Source: Pecten maximus (Eukaryota). Taken from it: DNA of 64,000 nt. The notes under the pieces were generated by a model that was given only the letters and a program-made list of their open reading frames with translations, did no database searches and was not told where the DNA came from. Location: assembly GCF_902652985.1 (NCBI RefSeq), contig NC_047027.1, forward strand, positions 24,490,001 through 24,554,000, written 5' to 3'. Shown here in pieces: positions 1 through 13,300 of the stretch. The position numbers and the translations under genes were made by a program. The first letter of the stretch is position 1, and every line of letters starts with the position of its first letter.

Positions 1-1019
1 AAACACAGGTAACCTTACTACAGGTATTAGATTTCGGAATTTTGATAAGAAGTATATATATTGAAAAAGGTAGCTAGGGTGTTATGGAAACACGGCATTT
101 CGGAAGGTAAATTTTATCTAGGTTTGTTTGAAAATTTAAAGTCTGATCTCAAGTTAAACTGGTGTTGAAAATCCTCATATACATGAGGATTAGATGCACA
201 AAGTTATCTAGAATTTATATCCTCTACCACAATGTTGTGATCTCCAACTGATTGTACTTAATGGGCGAAATTGAAAAGTGGCTTCCTGCAACAACAGCAT
301 ATATTCGCGCTGGTCCACCATGTTTAGACGATTCACCTTTACAATATCCTTATGCTCGTCGATAAAAGTGTCGAAAAAACATCAGAAATACTTTTTTAGC
401 TGTAATATATCATACTTAATTGTTGAGATATATTAATGCGATCGATTGTCAGCTTTATATGCGGTAAGAGAAGTACTTAATACAATTGTGTCACTGGAAG
501 GGTTTACATTGGCACGGAAGGAATTTCGAGCAAATATGTTGTTTGGCACTTCCGGTTTTTATATGGCTGCGGTACCCAGAGAGAGCCTTTGTGCAAGGTG
601 AATTATGGAAAAGTCCCCCCCCCCCCCCTTTTTTCTTTTTGACAGCTGTCAAACTGGATTGTTGTCGTCACCTCACCATGGCGTACAATTCCTTTAACTT
701 TGTCTCATGTTAATGATTTATCAGAATTTTAATGCAAGCTTTCTGAATAAGTAATGTGTAATACTCAATTGTTTTTTTATCTTTTAAAAGGCATATTACA
801 TGACCAAAACTGAAAGATTTTTTCTGTAAAACCCATTGGAAACCCCACTAAACGACCCACATGTTTGCTCGGTAAAATAGATTCTGATTTAATTCTACGG
901 CGACCCACGTGAAGAATATCAAATATTGCACTAAAAAAGATTTAACTTAGAAGAATTACTTCAAATAAGTACTCTCTTTAAACATAAACCTCAATGCACC
1001 AAGGGGTATCAATTCACAC

Positions 1020-2854
1020 TTGTTTAAGCAGAGACATAAACCGATAATGGACAGGGTTCATGATTTCGAAAACCAGGTTAGAAAACAACCAAGCTACCAA
1101 ATCCATAGAAAATATTCTGTTAATGGAGAACTGGCGACCCGTTTTATTGCAAGGATATTACTTCCAACATCTCTTAAAATGAAAGTACTGAGTTTGAACT
1201 CTGAAGTAACACGTATAAACATTTCTGCTCTGAGCGAAGCAAAGCTAGATGGAAACCGTATCTTGAACATAGATTATCTTCATAGCCATATGATAGAGGT
1301 TGCTACTCATTGTGCACTATGTCCAGCTGCTAGTATGTTAGCTAAAGAGGGCAAACCACAACTTTTAACTACAACAGGTGAAGCAAAATGGATTTGCTAG
1401 TATGCTGAAGTTATCTTGTTGTGGATGTGGTCAAGCCTTCAAAATGGAAACAAGACGTAAGGTACCAGGATCAACTATGTATGACATTAATTTGAGAGCA
1501 GTATGGGGAGCTATGGTCACTGGAGGAGGTCTTTCTTCCACAAATGAAATGCTGGCAACCATGGGAATACCAGGAATAGGACAAACCAAGCTCACTGCAG
1601 CGGAACAGGAAATCGGTGACCTGTGGCACACAGATATGAAGAAGGACATGCTAGCTGCTGGAGCCGAGAAAAGACGTTTAACCATTGAAAGGAATGACTA
1701 CCATCAATAAGTGCCATCCATATCTGTTGTTGATGATGGGGGTCTAAACGATCTCACAAGCATACATACAATGCCTTAGGAGGAGTTGTCGTCATTTTTG
1801 GAGCTGTGACTGGCAAACTATTTTACATACGAGTACGTAACAAACATTGAGATGAAACCAGTCCGGCCATGGAGGCGGATATCATTGTTGAAGGGTTTAT
1901 GCAGACTGAAAAACTGCACGGAGTTCGCTTTATTCGTCTCATAGCACATGGTGACAGTTCTTTTTATGCACGAGTGCAACAACAAGTACCAATATGGTGA
2001 AAGCATATAGAGAAGCTGGAGTGTGCTAACCACGCATGCAATGTCTAAGTTAGTTGAGGTCAAACCACACTATACTATAAGGACATGAGGAGTCTACAAA
2101 GTATATGTCCACTCACATAACACTAACAAGTGGCAAACTTAAAGGGATCGAAGCTTTAACGAGAGAGAAGTCTCTCACTTTTGTGTTGATTGAAGAACAT
2201 AAGAAGCGACTGACTTCGTCCAGATTTGGGGATGTTGTACTCAATAACGTCAACCGGAATGTCACACCATTGGTAAAGGATCTATAGTACAAGGGCTTCA
2301 CAGGCATTCGGTTTACAGCATATGGAACGAACAATGAAGCTGTCACCGTTAAGGAATATATCAGGAAGAGGAGTGAGGAAGGTTCAAACGTGACTGTATC
2401 TCCTGTAGGCCTACTCATGGATGAAAACAACAAGTTCCTGGTAGCTAGCCCAGGTGGTTAAGTGAGTATGGGCTTGTAGAAGTGAAAAATCTCCTCCAAA
2501 ATAAGAAAATGTCTTTCCAGGAGGTGGCTACAGAGAGGAACTTTTGTCTGGAATTGCATAATGGAACTCTTCGTCTAAAAAACCCACAATTTCTTTAATC
2601 AGTGCCAAGGTTAGATAAACATTGTCAAATTACCTTGGGTGGATTTTGTGGTACGTAGGACCATTCCATATCATCTTCATATTGAAAGGATATTGAGGGA
2701 TACAAGTTTATGGCAAGATATTATGGTATCAAAATTGACTGCTTTCTACTACAAGGCAATACTTCCCGAACTGGCTCTACCCAGTAAGGACACCACCACA
2801 GGCATACGCGAACCAGATAAACCACGAGTGTTCATCATAGTACCCGTTATATAA
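1020..2854 (+). mobile_element. Decayed DNA-transposon coding region: DDE transposase ('Mutator-like'/Kolobok-type) followed by a YqaJ/lambda-exonuclease-like domain; many stops and frameshifts
   Basis: Translation across frames gives CCGCG, YDINLRAVWGAMVTGGG, VVDDGG..KRSHKHTYNALGGVVVIFGAVTGKL, MEADIIVEGF..HGVRFIRLIAHGDSS and KLECANHACK (transposase core). It then gives RLTSSRFG, AYGTNNEA, FLVASPGG, VEVK, QCQGLINI and WVDFVV (YqaJ-like nuclease). Termini not identified. Confidence 0.75.
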
Positions 2855-3158
2855 AATATATATTACATGACTATCAATCTATATGCTTCAGCATTTAATG
2901 AGATATATACTGCACTTATTTTGTACTCACTTAGCATTAGGACAGGGCAATGCCCTTTGCTAGAAAGTAGTATGCGTGTCGTTCCTCTTTTTAAAGTTTT
3001 CTCATATAAACGATTGCTGCATATATAAAATTGCACTTTTCCTTTTTTATTTTATAATTTTCTTTACGAGGTCAAATGTCACCTTTAAGATAGTGGTCAA
3101 AGGTCAAAGGTCAAAGGTCAAAGGTTTACATGTAGTTAAGAGTTAATTGCTTTGATGC

Positions 3159-3329
3159 TTTGTTTGTTTTTGTTTAACGTCCTTTTAACAGCTAGGGTCG
3201 TTTAAGGACGTGCCAGATTTTGGAGGTGGAGGAAAGCCGGAGTACCCGGAGAAAAACCACCGACCTACGATCAGTACCTGCCAACTGCCCAACGGAGGTT
3301 TCGATCTCGCAACCCAGAGTTGGAGGGCT
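3159..3329 (-). mobile_element. tRNA-derived SINE (V-domain-like family), 5'-truncated
   Basis: Reverse-complement homolog of the copy at 20534-20758 (core TTTCTCCGGGTACTCCGGCTTTCCT, tail GGACGTTAAACAAA). Confidence 0.8.
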
Positions 3330-4084
3330 CTGTATATGGTATGAGAAGCAACAATCACAGTTTTCAGCAGAAAATACTTTTATTTGCTGAAATCAATAAA
3401 GTATAAGTGTTAGTTTCATCAGAATGAACCTTTTCATGCATTTCTGCAAGTAAAAATTATTCAAATCTGTATTACAAGCAAACCTAAAATTTAGCCTTGA
3501 TAAGGAAACACGGGTTCAATAATACAACCTTAGATTTTACGTCACATCCGGATTTTGACGGAATTGACCGAGTTGTAACGTTCGTGAAAATGTCGAGTTG
3601 ACCAAGGTTGAGATAGTAATAAAGAGTCCTGTGAGTAAAAACAGCCTTCAAAAACAATAAATGGAGGTTACGGAAACATAAAAAGGTCGTAAATGTTTTA
3701 ATTGTAAAATTAATCAATATTTGAAGTTTATCTTCACAGCCTACTGTTTAATAACCTTTCCGTATACGTTGAATCCGTGCCGTAACCATGTCAACAAATC
3801 AATGTAGGACACACCAGACCGTGGATAGATAACTTTGAAAACTGAATTTTACATCAATAACTTAGGAAATTCAGCTGACAATAAAGTTTCAAAGGCAAAC
3901 ACCTGGCGAAATTTAGAAAGCAAATTTCGAAAATGGTCTAACGGATTTGTCTCCCTTGTTGGTCTGTCTTTGTATCAGTTATATTTTAAGTCATGTAAAT
4001 CGTATGAAGTTAAATATTACAAGCAGTAGGCAGTAAGTAGTGAATGTAGCTAAATATTACAAGCAGTAGTTGTGCTAGCGGTGT

Positions 4085-5183
4085 TTAAGGGCCTCAACGC
4101 CACTTTTATATAACTCCGATTCTTGGCTCACAGAAAGTCATCCAATGCATGTATGACGTCATCATCGCACTGAAAGTGGGTGCCTGAAATAGCTTCTGGA
4201 GAAAGATCAGGTGTATAAGACGGATGCTCTAATATTTTAAAGCCACAATCGTGAATGACAGCCATGACAATGTCAGACTTGTGAACAGGAGTATTGTCCC
4301 GATGGAATAACACACCTTTAGTGAGCTTTCCGCGGCGCTTTAGTTTAATATGTCCCCGTAAGTGCCTCAGAAGCGAAGCATAGTATGTGCCATTGATTGT
4401 TTGTCCCTTTTGGACATAATCCATCTGCAGAATATCATTTACATTCCAGAAAACCGAGGCCATAATCTTCCCAGGTGATGGAACAGTCTTTGCCTTCTTT
4501 GACCGGGGAGAACCATGGTGCTTCCATTGTTTCGATTGTTGTTTGGCCTCTGGGGTAAATGACGGACTCATGTTTAATCCATAGTGACAAATCTCTGACG
4601 AAAGTTGGCAGATCGTCCCCAAAAAGGTTAAGATTAGCAAGCTATAATGTACGCCTGGTGTGCTTCTGATCAACTGTCAAAAGTCTTGGTATCCACCGGG
4701 CCAATATCTTTCTCATTGCAAAATCCACGGTCAGAATGGAATGTACTCTTTCCTGTGAAATGCCAAATCTACTTGCTATATATCTTTCTGTGACTCGTCA
4801 TGAACTTCATTGACCATTTCCGGGGTTGCAACATTGACATGTGGAAAGGACGGGGGTCATTATCAAGGCTCTGTCGGCCGAGCTTTAATTGCGCCACCCA
4901 CATTTTCACTGTAGCATATTAAGGGGTATCATTATGAATATCCTTAGGTGTTACACCATTTTTATGCAGATATTGGATCACTGCTCTTTCACCGATTTCG
5001 TCTATTTTGAAAAAGCCGCTAGTCTTGTTTACTTTAGAGTGCTACCTCGTCAATATAAACTAACCGAATGAGATCAGCCCTTTGATACACGGCCATATAT
5101 AGTCAGAGAATAGAAGGACTTTAAAAATCATCCTCGAGTACCTCCTTCAATACGAAGCTCACGACATATCAATCATCCCTCGC
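4085..5183 (-). mobile_element. Tc1/mariner (mariner-type) transposon relic
   Basis: ORF 4128-4673 carries PEAKQQSKQW, GKIMASVFW, GQTINGTYY, LFHRDNTPVH and LEHPSYTPDLSP, typical of mariner transposases. Upstream part is broken. A possible TIR remnant (ccctcgca) lies near 5176-5183; the other end appears lost. Confidence 0.85.
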
Positions 5184-6010
5184 ATGCTTACAAAATGTGG
5201 TCTTAAATCTGACAAAAGTGTAACCCAGGAACAAAATGTTATTTTGAGTAATAATAAGCTAACATATAGGAAGGTTAGCTACTAAATAGAAACGTTAAAA
5301 TCAATTGCTTTAACATGTGGTATAAATAAACAGAAATATCCGATTTGAGAACGTGACTAAAATTTGTAAACACATGACAATTTTCAAAGATCAAGGAATC
5401 TGCACAACTCTGAAATCAGTTTTCAGGCCTAACTTGAAGAAAAAAATCCAATATATTCGAGAGTTCTCCGAGGAGTCCCTGAATCCTCCACAATCTTTAT
5501 ACTGTCCCAACATTTTTTTGCCGCTCAGGCTAAAGGACGGTGAGAACATGGGTTCGAGACGCACTGGCGACAGGGGATGCTATCCGTTATGTCAATTTTC
5601 CCCAATCGATGGTACGTTGATTTTCCTCAAACATCCAAATTATTATTTGTTCTCTTAGGGCGTCGTAGTATAATCTCTACAGAGCTTATATTGATTTTTT
5701 TTTTACCTTGTAAAGGTTATTTTCAAAGTGTTTGTTCAGATTATATAAGCGTGGGAGAAAATGGCTAATCAGCTCTCTGTTATGTTAAATCTCAAATCGA
5801 CGGTACTATTTTGATACAGCCGTCCAAATGTCAAGGGCGTATTTTGGTATAGCGTCTATGTCCGTTTGGCTGTCAACAATTGCTTCAATGTTTTGGTGTA
5901 TGTTTCTTTAGTGGTAAATAGTTCAATGCAAAAATGTGCCCTTTTCCTAATTGTTCTTGTGGGGTCTTACAGTGACAATATGGATTTTATTTAGAAAAAT
6001 TATTTCTATT

Positions 6011-6088
<78 letters not shown>
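6011..6088. repeat. (CA)n(TA)n compound microsatellite
   Basis: Seen directly. Confidence 0.97.
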
Positions 6089-6282
6089 ACATGGTAACAC
6101 AAATATCTATTTATTAGCACAATGTATCATATACACTGTGTTGGTGATCCAAAGATATAAATTTGAATTTCCTGTCGTAGTTGTACCGAGAGAAATATTT
6201 ATAATATATGTACAATTTGTATCCATGTATGTTAATACATTGCGATCCAGGTATTCATATCATCTAATAGACGACTTCCACA

Positions 6283-6445
6283 ATGATCATGTCAGGGTAT
6301 CGGGCCGACCATCACTGCGCCATTGAAATGTTCTTTTATAAGAACGTCGATGTGGCGCAGCGGTATAGGCTGTGGGTATCTCTGACTAGGCGATTGGATG
6401 CCGTAGATCGTGAGTTCGTGGCCAGGTCAGGGCACGAGTCCAAAC
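6283..6445 (+). mobile_element. Interspersed repeat with an internal tRNA-like segment (copy 1)
   Basis: ATGATCATGTCAGGGTATCG...TGGCGCAGCGG (A-box-like)...GAGTTCG (B-box-like); homologous to the reverse complement of 40757-40907. Confidence 0.65.
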
Positions 6446-7064
6446 ATTGCCTTCCTTCGTCATTTGTGTTACTAAGTTATATATCTTTTTATTAGGACAA
6501 TATATAGATTTGAATTCCCTGTCGTAGTTGTACCGAGAGAAACACACACACATATTATATATATATATACATTTGTACATTTCGGAAGTTACTATTTTTG
6601 TGAATTTTTACCAAATCCAAGAATATATTTTAGCCGTAGTTTTTGCAAGGGTCTGATAATCAGGATTGCAGATGATGACTTTGTCCTGAATTTCCCGTTC
6701 CCATGAACGTGGTCAGACGGGTGTATTATGCATCCGATTGCGGTATTTATATTTCGTTCGTTTTTTATCGATTTTTTAAGAAACCATGTGCATTTAAATG
6801 ATGTTTGAATGTTTTTATTTTATGCCTTTTTGCTTTCTGTTGTAATTCGTACAGGAAACATGACTTTCGCTCACTCAGTCAGATATTGATAAAGAGACAA
6901 GTCGGTGTTGAAACGTTGCAACGATACTCGTACGCATTGTTACGTATACTTACGTATATTAACATATATATATATATCCATACTGATGAATTTATCAAAG
7001 CTATATATAAGCCCTTTCCTATCAAACGTCAAGAGTTTATGTTAAGTTCGGACTATACACATGT

Positions 7065-7342
7065 TCACACTTGTAATTTTTCGTCTTTGCTGGACTTTTT
7101 CAACAGCATTTTTGATGTTTTCATTGGTATGTGTTGTTTCGGCCCATAAAAGCCGAGCCAATACATGGCGTGTCTTCGATTTGTTTGATCGTTTCCGTAC
7201 TGGCCATTCAAGTTTGCGTTGCTACATTTTCTGTGCCACCAGGATCCTCTCCGTCCTACAGCGCAGTTAATCTCAGTTTGTATATCGTTGTCCCTGTCTG
7301 GAGTAGTAAACAACAGACCATTGCTTCTTTCGAAAGCGTCAC
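7065..7342 (-). CDS. FReD exon 6 (C-terminal fibrinogen-C part)
   Basis: tttgtag acceptor; DAFERSNGLLFTTPDRDND...WWHRKCSNANLNG; stop at 7065. Confidence 0.93.
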
Positions 7343-10300
7343 CTACAAACATAAATCATTGATGACGTCATAACTATTACGAAAGTTCATTTAATAGATG
7401 TTGTTGGTGAAATTTTAAAAGAGAGAGTTACAAGATTGTGAACGTAATATGTAATTTATGGTATGGTATGAGAACGGTATGGCATGCATTACGATATATA
7501 TGACATAGCTGTATGATATGACAAAATATGACAGCTATGGTGGGCTTTAGTTGAGCGTTTGCACCCGTGTGGAAGGCTTTTGGTTTTGTCCAATGGCCAC
7601 GAAAAATAAAAGTCTAAAAAGTGGAAGTTTCTAGTCCTGATTAGCGCGCGAAATTTCTGGGAGTGGGACGACTCGTTCACCCATTGTCAGTATAATATGA
7701 CCTAATTGGGTCTCCTATTTCGTGTCGTCGACAGTATGTTTCGGCGAGACAAACATAAATCTCACACACACACTGACCTCTCTTGATAGGACGTTAAACT
7801 ATAAAATCTATTGTTATTGGAAATAGTTTGGAAGGCTTATGATAACATTTTAATGCATGATACAACTGTTATATTTTATTTTAGAACGGACAATTTAATC
7901 GTGCACAAGGCGTCAAGAGTCGCCTCCCTTTAGTTTACTTTTACCAGATTAATCCTATCTGTATGAAGTTTTGAGTTAAGATTTTGCCCAAATTTCAAAT
8001 AAGAGTCTTTTAAAAACGTATGTTAGAAAGATGTTTGAAGTTTGCGTAAATTAAGTAAAAAAGCTAAAAATTTTAAAATGAAAATACTAATGTTCTCAAA
8101 ATTCGAAACAAGAGCATATTTTACAGGGATTGAAATAAGAAAGGTGTATTATTGATATCCAATGATTTGGTTTATATACTAACAATAGATGTTTTACATC
8201 TTTTTATAATCAATTGAGAAATTTAACATGCAAGCATGTAGTAATTTTCGTATATATAAAGTTGTAATAATGCTGTAAGAACTATTCTAAGGAAGGAATT
8301 TTTGGTGAAAATATAGACCATCTACACATCTACAACTATCAACTTTTCCAAACTTCAAAAAGGAACAAGTTTTTTTTTTTTTTTTTTACTATTGTCAATC
8401 AGGAAACAAGACAGTAGTTATAGGGGAAGGCAGAAGGGAAGCAATTTTCATTTTGATGAAGAAACACTGAGAAAAAGTACATACTGTAATACCTTTATAA
8501 AAAAAAAAAGTTATTAAAAACAAAATATTACCATCGCTTTAATTCTGATTTAATCATGTATGTTAACAACCAACATAATTGTTTTAAACAGGACTAGAAT
8601 TTTAAAAATAGATATTGAAAACATGTTTCAATTTGGAGTAGATTAAGTAAAAAAGCTGAAATTTTAAGATGATGATATATATACATGTGGTTCAATAGTT
8701 CAATCGCAAATAAAACAAGAGCATATTTTCAATCTTTGCAGTCAGTGTAAAGCTGAAAAAGAACCTATAATCCCTGCATTATGGAATTACGAAAAAATAC
8801 AAATTGACAAAATTTTAATCATTGTTAGATATATCTTTTGTTTTATTCGCTTCCTCTTTTGAATCAATGATTGAAAAGTAAAGTTGATAATGAATTAATC
8901 TTCATTAGGAAATAGCATATGTACAACACAAGATATCAGGAAAAAAGCACATCACAAACAGCTCTGAAAAACTATATTAATACCCTTTATATATTGCAAC
9001 AGGTAACCCGATTTGCAATCTTTAATTTTGAAAAGAAAAAATGAGATAGTTTACTTAATCATGAATACACCATAGAAATGTCTGTGTGTCCCTTCATACA
9101 TTCACCACAGTTGTCAGTAGTAAGTAATGGTGCTGTCTATACTGATATATATAATTGTTAACCGGGAATATGATTGCAACCTGTATGGTTTTTTTTTTTT
9201 ACAGAATTTTGATTCAACAACCTATTTTCGTTTGCTTTAGATTTAGAGCGTAATAACACGAATTGCATTCAAACTTTTAAGTATCCAAACTTTTAATCTA
9301 GTCAACATATTCATCGATCGCAACTTTTTTTAGGATGTTTAAACTACCTTTTCCAGCATTTTTACCTACCACTTTATACATTGCATATGTGTGCATGACT
9401 GTGCATATATGTATAATTAATTTTTCTTTGTTTTCATGGTAAATACTCAAATGTGATTGGTCGAACAATTCTTTTCATTCTTCTATGAAAGAAATTCCGA
9501 GAATGGCGCGAAAAATGTGACGTCACAATACGATAATTGACGTTGCGTATTGATTTGAGAAAAAGAATCCCATTTAAAACCAGTAAAATTGTACATAAAA
9601 CATGTTTTAAATCAGAAAACCATTTTCAAAAATTAATTATAAGCGTTGATGTCATTTTTTTAAAAAATTTTCATCGGGGTATGAAACAAATTTTGTTTGC
9701 AAACTTCTGTAAGAATCCGCTACGCGGATTCATACAGTTTACAAACAAAATTTGTTTCATATCAATGACATCAATGCTTAAATGTACAATGTATGTGGTA
9801 TGCATATATACATTCATTGTATTTTTGGGTACATGCTATATGTGTATGAATAGATACAAAATCTTGGTCATTTGCTCTTTGAATTTGTTAAGCTTAGAAT
9901 TACTTATTTGTAGTGTAAAAGGGAATGTGTGTGTGTCCAAACTACATGTAAGCAACAGTTTACACTCTGTTGATTATTTATTGTTAAAACTGCTTAGAAA
10001 ATTAAAAAAAAAAAAATCCTGGTAAAGCCCCGAATGAGAAAATAAGAGCGACGATTTAGCCTACAATTATAACAGGTCGAATTAAACCTAAACGGCGGAT
10101 TTTGATTTATTTATATAATGCCAAGGTTCACGATAAAAATATATACTTAAAATGTATTGAATTATGTGTCTCTTGCGTCCTCGTCTAGATTTTGATGTTT
10201 CGTTCGACTTAAGTTTCTTCCATCGCCTTCTTTGTATCAAGTATTAATACTTTAGGGACTTAATATCACATGACATAACAAAGAACAACAAGGCAGTTGT

Positions 10301-13300
10301 ATATATCAGTTTTATTCATTTTTGGCTTTCTGTAACGAACTCTTTCATATTGAAATGTGCCAATATCTTGGGTGTCTTTTGTAAAATCATAAGTTTGACT
10401 TACTGATATTTCCGCCGAAACCACCGATGGATAGTTCGTAGCCAGTCGCCTCGCTGAAAACTTGGAATGTCGAATATTCTGCGTAACCAAATGTTCCATT
10501 CCAAGATTCAAGTTGCACTCGAAGTATGCATGGGGTCTTGGTCAAGACAAATATGTGTTCGTTACCTGTTTTAAAGTAAAGTGTCGTTCATGTTTTTTTT
10601 TTTTTTTTTGTCAAAATCAATTTTATTCAACAAGCATGTATATATATATAAACAAATGTCCTCACGCAGGAGGGCTTTCACTCATCAGACATCCTATCTC
10701 TCACTCATCAGAGATCCTATCCTCACACATTCTTTTCATATTTTACATACATATACTGTACACTCTGAACATTTTCGTTCAATCTAAATTATATACACAC
10801 AATATCACTTAAAATCTATACTAACACACATTTTTTCTTCTACTACTTTGGTCTACTATAATCGGTATATTATAAAAAAAACTATCCAGTGGTTAGCCCA
10901 AATTTTGGTATTCGACTATTTTGGCCTTTATACAATACTCAATATTTACTTCCGGTTTGTCGTAGCACGTAGTTTGTAAGTAAACAGATCAAATTTCTTG
11001 TAATAGTGTTCGATATTTTGATATCAAACATCTCTTTTAAGCGTCGGGTGTAATTTTAATGTAAAGTGATATGTTTTCTTTCAATAATTTCTTCAGTATT
11101 ATATAAGCCGATTGTGGAGACGTTGTTTTGTTTTGAAATTTTTTAATGTTTCTAGCCTTCCATATGACCCATTTAGTTGTCAAGATAATTGTGTTAGCTA
11201 TGGTGGCTGTGATGTTATCAGTTGTATCTCCTAGTATCATCTTCTCTTCGTCAATATTCCATATTTGATTAGCTGTGACATGAACAGGGTTATTGTACAA
11301 GTTAACATGAATTATATCTAATAGCTGATTTGAAAATGTACAATGAAAAAACAAGTGAGTTAGAGTTTCAGTTTCAGTGTTACACATGTGACATAAGCCA
11401 TTAGATCTGTTCATTAAATTTAATTTGCTTTCAGTGTATATAATTTTATGAATACTTTTCCAATGAAGTTCTTCTATCTTGCTAGTTATTGCAATGTCAT
11501 TATTTTTGAAGTTTTCCCATACTTTCTCCCATGGTATTTCCTTATGAAAATGAGTATTCCATTTCATTTCTGATTTAGGTCTTACAATTGGATCTGAAAT
11601 ATTGTGGAGAATTGAAAATTTTAGTTCATGTGGTTTTAAAATTTTAAAATGATTTATTTTCAAGACACATATCTCTAACTTATTGTTAACATATATTTTT
11701 TGTTTTTTAGCACCAGCTGTTCTGTCAGGTTCTTGTCCTTGCATAATCTCAATATATTGTTTAGGTATAGCTTTCTTTATTTTTGTTATTTCTGCAATCC
11801 AGTTTGTTCTAACAACAAGTTTTCTTAATAAATGTTGGTTATTTATAAATTGATTCCTATCCCAATCCCATAAGTCTGATATTTTTTTAATGCCACTTTT
11901 TGTCGTTCATGTTAAAGGGCCGTATGCTGTTCTAGTATGACTGATAGTATTATGTCAAAAGCCAATCACAAAGTCGGCTGAATCTAACTACCACAACATT
12001 TCTGCGAAAGGATGAAGTGCGAAACTATTCACATCAAAATGAATTTGTCATTATGATTGTTTTGGAAGAAATTTGATAAATAAAAAAAAAAAAAAAAAAC
12101 AGAATTAGCTGATAGGGTTATAAAATGAGAGAAGTAAGTTCAATGATACAATTTGCTTTTTTTTGCAATATCAGCACCCGATCATGGAAATACATGTACA
12201 TTAAAATGTTTTCCGATGACGATTTTAATATTAGGGTTATACTCTTTTCTCACCAAGCCAGAAATTGCCGAGTAGATCACCAAATCCCGTTTTGAACTGG
12301 TCCCAGTTTCTGTAAAAGTCAACTTCCTTACTCTGTCGGTTTTGTATGACCTGGAAGATGAAACTGTATTAGTTGTTTGCTGTAGTAGTCATAAAAATGG
12401 TAACGAAATATGTTCAATATTAGACTCTAGCGCATTCAGATTTAAGCGCTGTACCATAGGTGAACAGATTGGCGCATTGGTAAATTGGCGTATCAACAAC
12501 ATTGTTAAACCACAGGAACTTGATGTTCCTATGGAGCAGAATGAAATATTCAACCCCTCGGTTCTACTACCAGATAGTTTACAATGCACTATGTATTATG
12601 CAAAGCAATTTAGCGATTAGCCGATCATAATCTAGCGCATAACTTTCAGCAACGAATCCGCCAGATTAAGATTTAGTGATCGGGTTGCTTTGTGCCTTTC
12701 ACCTCAGTGACCGGGGTTTGATTTCCCCTACCACGTAGGTTTTCTCTGGTTTTCAGGTTTCCCCCCTAGGTAGGGCCCCTCGAGCAATTCCATCCGGGCC
12801 AGCAAGGTTGATTTTTATAAAAATATTTAACTTGTTTCGCAATTGTTAATTTGTTAATTTTAGTCAAATATACAATTAGTACACATTGTGACACAAATGG
12901 TGGCCGGTTAGGGCCACCTCGTAATCTCGCGACCTCACAATTCCGACCTTAAGCCGAGGTCGCTAGATCGCGAGATTGCGAGGCGAGGTCGCGAAATTGC
13001 GAGGCGAAGAACCTCGCGACCTCGCCTCGCAACATCACGACCTCGCCTCGCCGCGCCTCGTAACATCGCGAGATTACGAGGTTGCCCTCACCGGCCACCA
13101 TAGACACGCTATAAAGCCGCTTGAAATTTGTTGACGATGCTTGTAAGTTCACAATGGTTTGAATAGGTTACTTGTAGTATCCAAAATAAAAGTTTGCTTC
13201 TTATTTCTCATAAAAATTATATACAATATTTACCAACAATATTTGCCAATGTATTGATACCACTGTGTCGCTTTGAAACAGTTTGTGCGCGCTCTATAAC

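Noticed and set aside
1-330. Possible divergent THAP or accessory gene of the Kolobok-like element on the minus strand
   Set aside because: Only vague motif resemblance, with several stops.
8020-8730. ~100-bp imperfect direct repeat (near 8050 and 8643)
   Set aside because: Old local duplication in an intron without element hallmarks.
9537-10025. 162-aa ORF
   Set aside because: Runs through a palindromic repeat and AT-rich intron; no domain signal.
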